A stretch of 64,000 nucleotides of DNA from Caecitellus pseudoparvulus (taxonomy: Eukaryota; Protista; Bigyra: Bicosoecida). Each line of letters begins with the position of its first letter. The stretch's first letter is position 1. Both the position numbers and the translations under genes were made by a program. The stretch spans positions 124,001 to 188,000 of the forward strand of contig CBFFRQ010000067.1 of assembly GCA_965644315.1 (NCBI GenBank). Direction: 5' to 3'. Shown here piece by piece: positions 8,080 to 18,830 of the stretch. The notes beneath the pieces were generated by a model. It was not told where the DNA came from, searched no databases, and saw nothing but the letters and a program-made list of their open reading frames with translations.

Positions 8080-11000
8080 ATGGACGAACTTGATGATGAC
8101 TTGGTCCAAGCCATTGCTTTGAGCCTGCAAAGTCCAGATTGTCGAGAAGATCGACAACAAGCCCCAGCTTTTCTTCGCATAGCAAACACCACCAGTTGCG
8201 CGATCACACCAGCTCCCGCGTCCACAGGCCCAGCTGATTCTGAGCCTGCTCCCAAACAGCAACAAAGCACTCTCTCGGACGAATCGCCTTTCCCTGGTGC
8301 CTTTGGGACTCACTCAGGAAGCCCTCACACTCAGGCTTCTGGCGCAGCTGCATCTGGGTCACCCCTATGGTCTGAGGCTGAAACAGAGCCTCAAGTTTAT
8401 CGCACACCTGAAGAATTCGCAGCGTATGGTGAAAGACTGGAAGTCATTGGAATAAACCGTTATGGAGGACTTCCTACACCAGATGCGGGAGATCGTGCTC
8501 TTGCCGCTCAAGTGCGCGACTGGACCGCCGAGCTGCATGACATCCTGGACCTCACACCCCTGTCCCTGGAGCAAGCCGCCATGCGAGAGGGCGCCCTCAC
8601 GCGCATCAGCTCAGCCTTCGTCGCGGCCTGTGCGCCCATCGCGGAGATCCTCGTGGCCGAGCTGCCTCTGGCCGATGCCCAGAAAAGTCTGCCGCCCATC
8701 GACATCGGGGGTGTAGCAGGGGGCAGCAAGTACATCCTGGGCGGTGTCCTGTTCAAGTTTGCCATGGATACGGAGTGGATATACGGGAAAAATAACAACC
8801 AGGCAGAAAAGGCCGCCAAGGCTGAGCTACGGGGCATGTCCAGCATCACTGCAGCAGCAGTGCCGGGGCTGCGGTATCCCCTGCACTGTGTGGTGGATGT
8901 GCTCGGGTACAGGGTGGTGGCCACATCCCTCCTGCCCATCGGCAGCGACACCCTCTGCTACGGCAGTGCCAACGCAATGGTCACAGTGCACGACGACGAG
9001 GAGGCCCTGCGATCTTCCATCGCACAACTGGCGGCGCATCTGAACCTGGCACGACACCCTGTGGGCGACAAGCAGCTGTACTTGGCCGGGGATGTGGAGG
9101 GGCACTGCGGGCGGGATGGGCACATGTTCTTGCTGGACACAGCCAGGCTCATGCCTCCGGAGGCGCCTCCGCAGTGGCAGGCAGCCGTGTGCATCGTGCC
9201 TGTACCAGGTGCACATGATGGTGTGCAGCTACGGCATGTACCAGTGGCCAACAAGGCAACCTTTCAGCATCATGCATGGGGGGCGTTGGTGGGTGCCGCG
9301 CTACCCGACCATGTGGCGCCATGCGAGGTGCCTGCGGACCCAGGGACTGCATTGATCACAACTGTGTTGCCGTTCGCCAATGTGGTGTGCTGTGCCTTGA
9401 ATGCGCCTGCAGTCCTGCAGCACTTGAGGAGGTGCGGACTGGAGGCTTCTGTGCTGGAGCACGCCGAGCGGGTGCTCGCCCAACCGACGCGAGCTGCAGC
9501 AGGGCTCGCTCGTGATGGGCAACCTGCTCAGCGTGGACCGCTAGTGGTGGTGTCTGAGCGCCCCAAGGGAGCGTTCCTGACTCAGCTGCTGCGCCTTGAA
9601 GCTGTACAGGCGTCGCCTGTCCCTCTGTCAGCTGATGCCTTCTCGCCCTGGGGAAGCACCGACTACCACGTATACAACCCACCTGTTCAGCGTGCCACAG
9701 ATGCGATGCTAGAGAGGGCCCTGCCCCAGCTGGCTGCGCAGCTCATTGAGCGGGCCACGGGGGGTCGCTTGGCTGTGTGGAAGGCTGCGGACTGTGTGGG
9801 CGCCGATGCTACAGCGGCTGGGCACGTCGTTGACCACGAGAGCTCACCAAGTCGACGTGACGATGCATTCACCTTTCCCGAGTGGACGGTGGAGCGGGGA
9901 GAGTTCTCCATGAATCGCCTGCTGCGAAAGGAGTTTGGATCAGACAAAGAGGGTGCTGCTGGCCTGGACGCTGAGCCTGGTGACCAACTCGCTGCTCCCC
10001 AGCCGTCACTGGAGCATGCCACCGAGGTGTTGGGGGAGTACGCTGCCCAGGGGTATGATACCCGTGCCACTGTAGCGGCACTGCAGGCACACGGACTGGG
10101 GGCACTGAAAGCTGTGCCACTTGCGCGAGGAGCACCGCCCGTCAGCATCGCTGCCTCCCCACACTTGCCGCTGTTGGTGCCTGCAGTCCCACAAGGGTCC
10201 CTGCAAGATGACGCGCTAGCACACGCTCTGTCCAGTGTTGACCACGTGTACGTGCGAGAGCTGGACTGGAAGCTGCACTTGCACTCGGCTGGCTGCAACA
10301 CGCGGCATCTCGGCCGCCTGGCCCATGTCATTCGAGTGCTGCTGCAGGTGCATGCAGCTGCCGTGAGGTGCCTGCCAGAGTCCGCTGTGGCGGCACTGCG
10401 GGCCATGCAGGACAGTATGTTGGCATATGGCATTGCGCGGTGTTTCTACGCTGAGCTGCGTGCGGCGTTGCGGGGCGTGACGGCACGTGTGAGAGATCGG
10501 TCAGGTTCCAGCGAGTCATCTGAGCGGGTGATGCAGTCCGCTGCACAGTTGGCCCATGACAGCGCCGAGGCGTTGTTCACGTCTCGGCTGCAGTACTCTG
10601 GCGTGGGGGGCAGCAGCTACAGCAGTGATGTGCAGGAGCAGACCCGGCTGCTGGCGTCCTTGCTTGGGAAGTACCCTGGTCTTGTGCCGCCGGAGGAGTG
10701 GGCACTGACGGGGGCCGGCCTCTGGGCAGGCCTGCCTGAGACATACCGACGACATGCATTCGGCAATGCTCAACGGCTGTGTGGAGCCAGCATGCGGTTT
10801 TTCTGTGTGGACGGCGTGGAGACGTTCGAGTTGTTGCGCCTGCTGCCGCGGCGGCACGCTGCCCAAGCTCAGCGACGGGCGGCGCTGGTGGGACACGTGG
10901 CAGCTGCGCGAGCTGCCAAGCAGCTTGAGCAGCAGGTGGTGCTGGGCTCGCGAGCCGTGCTGTCTCAGGCACTGGGTGCAGCTGTGGCAGATGTGATGCT

Positions 11001-14000
11001 GAAGCGCCGTCTGTGTGTGCGGGCGACACCTGGGCTTGCTGTGGCCCACTCCAGGCTGGCGCTGTTGACCATGCTGCAGTCTCCTGAAGACCACGTGTTC
11101 GCCCTGAAGCACCTGTTGCCGTGCGCACTGCAGGCGTGGGGGCAGGCCATTGCCGATGCCTGTTCCGGTGGTGAGCCTGGAACGCTGACGCTGACACCTC
11201 AGTGCAAGGGGCAGCATTGAGACTTCCGTCCTGACGCGAGGTTTGAGGAAAATGTGCAAGGTGTTGGAGGGGTGTGTGGAGGAGCGGGGCTTTGCACTGA
11301 CTGTCGAAGATGGGCAGCGCTTGCACGAGTGTGCATGGGCTGTGGAGCTGGTAAGCCAGGCTGCCGCTGCGCTGCTGTCCGTGGCCACACCATGCCAGCA
11401 GCAAGGTGCGCCTGTCCATGCGTTGCGCGTTGGCATGGAGGCTGTGCGTACGAGCATGGTGGTGGCCAGTGAGTTGAAGGAGCTGGTCATGCCGCTCGTG
11501 TGGTCCAAGTGCAGTGCAGCAGTGAAGCGCGCAACAGCACTTGTCGAGTCAGGAAGGAGTGATTGTGACAGGCAGGGCGGCCATGGCGTTGTGGTTGTTG
11601 TTGCGCAAGTTGATGGGGCTGGAGGCGCTGCTGTGCCGTACTGCGTTCTGGGCAGGCTGGCATGCTGCCTTGGCGGCGGTGCAGCTGCAGCAGCTTCCCC
11701 TTGCCAGCCAGTTGTCGAACATGTGCAACAGTTTGCTTCAGTGGACCAATGCTGCGAGCGCTGCAACTCTCGAAAGGCGGCAGTCGATGGCACAGCTGGT
11801 TCGTGGATGGGTGGACGCCTGCGCGGGCTCTGGCAGCAGCATTGCCACCGAGTTGCAAGTCAAGTCAGCTGATGGCAACATGCCTGCGTGGTGGTACTTC
11901 ACGTCTCTGCACGGTGAAATGACGCAGGCACTGTGGGGACACTCTGGGGAAACGGACTTCCTGGTCAGCTCCAGCGCGGCCAGTCTGCGTGTGGCTGGAG
12001 ATGTGGACGAGCGGTGGCAGGTGGCGTCGGACGGGCACAGCGTGATGCATCGCCAGGGGAAGCAGGCGATGCAGGAAGGCCCGGCGGAGTCAGGGGATCG
12101 GACGACTCGTGACGTAGGCATGCTTGCGCTGGGGGCGTTGCTGCAGAGCAGCTTGGGGCGGACGATGCAGGGTCACGGCATGACCTTTGAAGCCCGGTCA
12201 TGCTTGGCCGGCGTACGGGCTTCCCACAACAAAGGCGTGACCGGTCTGTCATCGCTGTCTGTTTACGTCAGCCATGAGTCGGCGAGCTCCATGGTGGCTA
12301 GCTCCATGGAGCACTGGCTGCCAGCAGGGCATGCGCTGTACCCGGTCGAGGTCGCTCAGACAGGAGAGCTGGGAGGCAGCAATGCGGGAAGTGGCACCGG
12401 GCAGCAAAGACGGGACGTTTTGTTTGGTGTGAATCTTTTGATGATGTGCGGGCTGCCGTGTGTGGATCCCCGCGCTTGCCACCAAGCAGCGCTGTACTGC
12501 TCCTCCCCTGCCCTCATCCCCCTTCATGCCATCCTTCCACGTCGCGGCAGCATCTTTGCCCAGACTGGTTGTGGCATGGCTGGGCAAGTGACTCCCCAGG
12601 TGGGTCCAGAAGGGATGGCTCACGGTGCTGGCGTTTTGCGCACAGCTTCAAACCACAGCATCAACAGCCTGAAGTCCATCAAGGCTGTGCTGGCTGCCAG
12701 GCACCCCCTGGCGCTGACGTGCCACACCAACGCAGCGTACTTCCTGCAGCAAACTGGATTGCACCACGGTGCGCTATTGAACACCTGGCGTGCACTGCGC
12801 CTTGCCCCCGCCTCCTGCAGCGGGCGGACCTCTGCGGCTTGGCCAGGCACTGGCTCAGTGCAGGGAGCAGTGCTGCACCTGACAGCGGATGCCTGCCGAC
12901 GACAGCAGTGGGATGTAGCAGTAGCCGCCTGCGCAGTCAGCTTGGCATCGTGTGCTGGTCTGCCGCAAGTGGCTGCGTATGAAGAGCTGCTCGCGCTGCA
13001 CGATGCGCACGGCCCACAGCTGTGCGACGAGCACCTGCTCAGCGTTGGCAGCAGCTCGGCGCTGGCCAGAGCAGTGACATCTGTGCTGGCTGTGCAGCCT
13101 GCGTCTGTGTCCGTTGTGAGGTGTGCCTCGGCGGTGCCCCTGCTCTTGCGCAGTGCGAGCTTGCTGCTGTGCCACGTGGCTGAGGCAGCCCACCAAGCCG
13201 GGCCCTGTGACATTCCAGCAGGCCCCCGGAACGCCAAGGTGACCCTTCTTCCCTACGCTGGCGAGTGGCTGCACTCGGCCTGTGGTTGGAGTCGGGCCCA
13301 GGCTGTGCCGGATGTCATCGCCGCTCTGTGGGTGTGGGCGCTGCAGGTGGTGTGTCGAGGGGTGCTGGGGAAGCTGCCGCCGCTGCCTGACGACTTGGCT
13401 GCGCGGGTGCAGGAGGTGCAGGGTGCGGCCATGGGTGCAGCCATGGCGTGGTGCCCAGAGTGTCCTCCCGACACACATGCCCAGCAAGTGTCCGCGGATG
13501 ATGTTGCAACGATGGTGGGCGTGAGGCAGGGTTTGGGCGGCCTGCGCGAGCTGGAGCTGCTGCAGGCACAGTCCGCCAATGACGACGACGAAGCCTCCAA
13601 GGCGTGGTTGCTGGAGCACCCGCTGCTTGTGCTGGCCGCAGCTCGGGTGGCAGTCATGGGTGGCTGGTTGACAGCTGCGGAGATGCTGGGCGAGGTGGCT
13701 GGCTCGGCCTTGGCGCAGACTCTGCCCTTGGGACGCGATGTGCCGGAGACGTCTGGGACGCCAGGTGCCGGCAAGACTGCTCTGTCGCAGATGGCGTCAG
13801 TGCAAGCTGCGCGGAACATGGCCCGCGTGAGCAGGGCACTGGAGCCGGCTGTGCAGGAGTTGCTGCAGCTTGGCTTCGCCCGGGAGGAGTGTGTGGCAGG
13901 CGTCCTGGCGACCAGCTCACTGCAGCTGGCACCGTCCACTTCCGACTTCTTTGCGCTGAGCCAGGCTGTGATGGACGACCAGGTACACCCCAGCATGGTG

Positions 14001-15911
14001 TCTGGGCTGCAAGGCGGCATGGCCGGTGAGCTGGAGCTGGACGTGGCGGCGGCAGCAGAGTGGCTGCTGCAGGACCTGCAAGGCCGCATGCAGGCCGATG
14101 TAGCTCACAGCAGGGCTGAGACGAAGCGTTTGGCGGCTTGGGCTGCGCAGGCAGTGGTGCAGCACGGTGAGATGCCGCCTCAGTGTCTGTTTGACCTTGC
14201 CGATACAGGGGAGTGGCCGCTGAGCCAGTTGAGTTGCATAGGCACCGATGACGATCATGAGGTGCCCACTGCCTCCCCTGCCACTCGTGAAGCACCACAT
14301 GACGACGATGCCACAGGTGGGGAGGTGGGCCAAGCACCAAGTGTGCCTGCTTGGGACCCGCCCCCCGCACAAGTGCAGCTGCAGCATCTGAACGGGCGAG
14401 CAGCCATTTCACACTTGGTGGGGAGGCTGTACCCTGACCAAACAAACCCAACAGAACATACTCCAATAACGAAGTGGTCGATGGGAGGACCAGACCCGCT
14501 GGACTACGTGACGGTGTACCAGCACCCTGGCGACCCCGCCCAGGGCATTCCTCCACACTGGCACTACGTGTCCCAGGGACTGTGCAACTTGCTGTCAGAC
14601 ACGGCTGTGCACCCGATGCACCCTCCTCGCATGCAGGGCAAGTCGGGCTTTGGCATGGAGTTCACGATGCGCGTTGCCCGGGAGAGCTGGGACACTGCCA
14701 TTCCACCGCTTTGGCCTGTTACAGTGCTCAACTCGCTTGCCAGGAAGGTCCACAGTACTGGAAAGGTATTGGTTACCTCAACATTGTCCCATGGTGGTAT
14801 GCTTATCCGCCCACCTGCCCATGGAGACAAGTTCCATTCGGACGCCATGCTCGGTGGGGCTCTTGCAGCAAGCAACCTGTCAGCCAGTGTGCGCAACGGC
14901 GAGTTGCTCGCAGCCAACCTGCCCCACATCGCCACCTGCCCTGACCCCGACCTGCCCACCATCACGTGTGAGACGGGGGAGGTGTCGTTCCACCAAGTAG
15001 TGGGGGTGGCCGACAGTGAGTACGAGATCGCCCGGTCGTGGAGCACCGGCGGGGCGCTGCACCTGCTGCGCCACGCAGTGTTCCGTGATGCAGCTGGTGA
15101 GCCAGTTTCTGGGCTGTGGCTTAGCAGGCTTCCTACCACCGAAATTGTCGGTGGAGCGTCCGACCCCTGGGCGCAGTGCAGAACACGTAGCGGGGCGTTC
15201 CTCCCGGGACCCTACCTCGTCACTGACCCACGCCGCACCTGTGACCTGGCGAGCATCGACCCCACCGTGCAGGCGACCGTGCGAGATCGCATCGCGACGG
15301 AAGGCTCATCGCTCGGCATCCAGACGGGCTGCCTTGTCTGGCGCCCGCGAGTGGTTGGCATGACGCTGGCGGACTCGCTGGCATTCGTGGCCGTGCCTGG
15401 CAGCGCCATGCCAGGCGTTGAACTGCTCACGACAGCCAGCGTTGCGTCGCTGCTGTCGGTGGCTATGCTGGGGCGTCTACGGCAAGGCATGCCGTTCATC
15501 CTGGAGTGCGCCCACCCCGCCGCACACCAGGCCAAAGACACCAGCAAGGCTCGCGAGGACGCGCAGCGACTGGGTGGGTGGGGCCTGTCGCGCCTTGTGG
15601 TCATCTTCGTCTCTGACGACTGCGACGAGTCCCGCGTGCGGCGCGTCGCAAACGCCGAGGCGCCTTTCGTCGTCACGGAGCCAGGCGTCCTGCAGGTGTA
15701 CTTGTCACGGGAAGCCACGGGGGTGATCGGGGCCTATGCCGCTCAGCCAGAGCATTTCAGGGAGCAGTCCAACATGCCCCTGACGGCGTCGTGGCCCAGC
15801 GTAGCACCAGGTTTCACGGTGACTGTGGTGCGTGGCGACGAGGACGTCTTCCCGGCGTTTGTGGAGGACTCGCCCGTCCTGCCTCGCAGCATGGTGCAGG
15901 ACACAGGGTAG
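8080..15911 (+). pseudogene. UIM-CLU-UBA-SUFU fusion protein, copy 2, interrupted by two +1 frameshifts (pseudogene or assembly error)
   Basis: The ATG at 8080 begins MDELDDDLVQAIALSLQ (UIM consensus). Colinear with copy 1. An extra T at ~11199 (ACACCTCAGT vs ACACCCAGT) and an extra base at ~11547 (TTGTCGAGTCAGG vs TTGTCGGCCAGG) split it into ORFs 7978-11220, 11243-11872 and 11541-15911. Confidence 0.8.
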
Positions 15912-16288
15912 GGCCCTGGGCTTCAGTGCAGTGGGCAGACACGTGTCCACTTGAGGTGAAGAGGTGGGATGGTGGGTGAGTTAAGGGGTTTGGCGAGGCG
16001 GCACACATTTGAGGCCTTGTGACAAACCTCGAAGTCCGCACAGCATGCACCCGACGGTGAGGGTGGCCAGGAGTGCTGCACTGACAATGCAGGCTGCAAG
16101 GTACTGGTGGGGTGTGCTGTTGAGTGGGTGTTGTGTGGGGGCCGGTTCGCATTATGTGCGGAACTCGGTTGGTTGCGTGGGTGCGGCAGGGAAGTGACTC
16201 GGGTGCACGGGCAGCGCAGCACACATGCCGCCGCGGTCCAGATGCGGTGAAAACTGAGCGTGTGCAGCTGGCCCTGCCAGGCTCTTCA
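8710..16288 (+). repeat. Tandem segmental duplication, unit 2 (the portion alignable within the window)
   Basis: Aligns base by base with 1-7571. Confidence 0.95.
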
Positions 16289-18469
16289 TCCGTGGGAGGC
16301 GCCGGTGCAGGAGGTGGCTCCGGGCCAGTGAGCCTGAGCTTGACAGGGGCCGTGTTGGGACTCCGAGGTGGACTGACCCCCCAGCCCGTCCGCTTGACAA
16401 AGCAAGGTATTGATGGTGTGGAGGATACACTTGGTTACTTGTGCTGGAACGGTGAGGTGTTTTGGTCGGATCCTGCCGTGGACAGGGGAACCAATGACAC
16501 TGCGGTAATTGCTTCACGCCTGCAGCCTGCACTGCTCGAAGGCGACCCTGCCGTCGCTCTCCAGAGCGTGCGAAGTGCCTTGCGTGGGATATGGGGACCA
16601 TTTTCATTCGTTCTAGTTGATGTGGTGCGTGCCAGGGTGTTTTTCGGGCGAGATGCCCAAGGCAGGCGCTCGTTGCTGTGGCACAGCTCACAGCGGCAGG
16701 CGAGCATCGGGTCCGTGGCGGAAGTTGGCGATGAGGAGTTGGCGGAGGTGCCCCCCGAGGGGGTCTTCATGCTCTGCTTTGGCTGCGGCGTGCCAGTTGC
16801 AGGCTTCGAGACTTCCCTGCTGCACGTGCTGGCGCTGCAGTCTTCAAAACCCGCAGTTGAGGGTGCACCACAGCAGGACCTCGCGCGTTGCGAAATGAGC
16901 CTGAGCATGGCACCGTGGAGCTGCAAGCCTTCATCCACTGACACGACAGCCACGGATGAGACTGCAACTCGGTGCCCAGCTGAGACGGAAGCGTGGCCTG
17001 TGGTGCAGCTGACGATGGAGCCTGGATCACTGCACCTGGCAACTACCCCGCAAACCAAGGCTGCCTTGCACCTGCTGGCTCGTCTGGCGCTGGCAGTGCA
17101 GCGACGGGTCACAGACTGCGCGGAGTCAGGTGGGGCGTCGCCTCCCCAGCTCCTGCCCCTGCACCCCGGCGAGCCCCCTGCCTGTGGTGTGCCTGTGGCG
17201 TCCAGCATGTTACCCAGCCATGCGGCAGGCGATGTCGCTGGTGCTGCGCGAGTGGGTGTGCTGTTCAGCGGCGGCATCGACTGCATGGTCCTGGCAGCTG
17301 TGGCACACACCATGCTGCCCCCAGGCGAACCGATTGACCTCATCAATGTGACGTTTTCACAGAGCCCAGTGCAGGCCGGGGAGGCCATTTCCGGCCTGAC
17401 ATCCCCTGATCGCACAGCCGCCTTGGCAGGATATCAGGAATTGCTGCATGCTTGCCCTGGGCGGCCGTGGCGTTTCATCGCCGTGGACGAGGATTTGAGC
17501 ACGCTGCAGGCGGTGCAGGAGCGCGTCATGACACTGTGCGCACCCCGCAACTCGACCATGGACTTTTCCATCGCCGCTGCTCTGTGGTGTGCGGCTCGCG
17601 GCATCGGCTGGACAGCCGCCAGTGGGGCGCAGGTGGGCACGCGGACTGAGCACCCTGCAACGGCGGCAGTGCAAGCTGCGTTGGCGTTCTGCGCTGCGAG
17701 CCCGACACATGTTTGGGGCCCGGCGGCCTTACCGCATGACGTGTCCCTGGAGGATGGCAGCGTGCCAGAGCAAGCAGCTGCAGCAGCTGCAGCGGGTCAC
17801 ACTCCTGTGCCGGAGCAGGCTGCCCCTGCCACCGCTGCAGCTGCTCCTGCCCCAGCTGAGCCAAGCACAGCGCCCAGCACCAGCGCTGTGGTTGATGGAG
17901 AAGAGCACACGCTGGTCCGTTCCGCTGCACGGGTGCTACTGTTGGGCATGGGTGCCGACGAGCAGTGTGGCGGGTATGGCAGGCACCACACGGCGTTTGC
18001 GCGAGGGCGGGAAGAAGTCAAAGGCAGTGGGGAGAGAGGGCCGCCCGGCTGGGCTGCGCTGCAAGGGGAGCTGGACATGGACACTGCGCGGATATGGCAG
18101 CGCAATCTTGGCCGCGACGACCGCATCGTCAGTGACCATGGCCGGGAAGCACGCTTTCCCTTCCTGGACGAGGGCGTGACCGGCCTGCTGCGTTGTCTGC
18201 CCTTGCCATGCGTTTCAGAGCCACGCCTGCCTCGAGGAGAGGGGGACAAGCGCATCATTCGCCTAGTGGGGCAGGCTCTGGGCCTGGGTGCGGCGACGGG
18301 GCTAGTCAAGCGGGCCATTCAGTTCGGCTCGCGTGTTGCACGTGTGACCAACAAGGCTGTTGTGGCAGCGCGTGTCGCGGCCGAGCAGGGTGAGGCAGCC
18401 GCACAACAGGTGACAGGGCGGGGGGCCATGAATGCGACGCGTGGGACAGATGCGTTTCAAGGTCTGTGA
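16154..18469 (+). CDS. ASNSD1: Asparagine synthetase domain-containing protein 1
   Basis: N-terminal MCG (Ntn Cys), RRGPD, WNGEVF, FFGRD..GRRSLL, PP-loop VLFSGGIDC, GMGADE, RNLGRDDR, EARFPFLDE, KRAIQFGSR. Confidence 0.9.
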   Translation: MCGTRLVAWVRQGSDSGARAAQHTCRRGPDAVKTERVQLALPGSSSVGGAGAGGGSGPVSLSLTGAVLGLRGGLTPQPVRLTKQGIDGVEDTLGYLCWNGEVFWSDPAVDRGTNDTAVIASRLQPALLEGDPAVALQSVRSALRGIWGPFSFVLVDVVRARVFFGRDAQGRRSLLWHSSQRQASIGSVAEVGDEELAEVPPEGVFMLCFGCGVPVAGFETSLLHVLALQSSKPAVEGAPQQDLARCEMSLSMAPWSCKPSSTDTTATDETATRCPAETEAWPVVQLTMEPGSLHLATTPQTKAALHLLARLALAVQRRVTDCAESGGASPPQLLPLHPGEPPACGVPVASSMLPSHAAGDVAGAARVGVLFSGGIDCMVLAAVAHTMLPPGEPIDLINVTFSQSPVQAGEAISGLTSPDRTAALAGYQELLHACPGRPWRFIAVDEDLSTLQAVQERVMTLCAPRNSTMDFSIAAALWCAARGIGWTAASGAQVGTRTEHPATAAVQAALAFCAASPTHVWGPAALPHDVSLEDGSVPEQAAAAAAAGHTPVPEQAAPATAAAAPAPAEPSTAPSTSAVVDGEEHTLVRSAARVLLLGMGADEQCGGYGRHHTAFARGREEVKGSGERGPPGWAALQGELDMDTARIWQRNLGRDDRIVSDHGREARFPFLDEGVTGLLRCLPLPCVSEPRLPRGEGDKRIIRLVGQALGLGAATGLVKRAIQFGSRVARVTNKAVVAARVAAEQGEAAAQQVTGRGAMNATRGTDAFQGL

Positions 18470-18830
18470 GGCTCTGTAGGGCGGGCTGTGGTTCGTGGGC
18501 TGAGGGCCCCCTGCACACCCCTGGCCAGGTTCCGCAGGGGCAGACTGGCGTTGCCGCATTTCCGGCCAGCACACCACTTCTCGCGCTCCGTGACGCAATG
18601 CAACACAGGGACACTGCACCAGTGCTCCAACACAACATTTTCAAGCACCTCGCACCCCCCTCCCTCCAGCACACCGCTGAGGGGCAGGCCTGGTAATTGG
18701 TCTGCGCTGTGGAACACGCCAAGACACCTTCGCAACCTGTGCGTGGGCTGCACGCTCTTGCCACGTCTTTTCTGGGCACTCGACCGCGTGAAAGTACACC
18801 TTCATTCGTTTCCTCGTGCAGCTGACCAAC

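Noticed and set aside
1-16288. Duplication as a pure haplotype mis-assembly
   Set aside because: The unalignable but in-frame variable patches and the clean junction inside ASNSD1 fit real paralogs better, though read-level confirmation is still needed.
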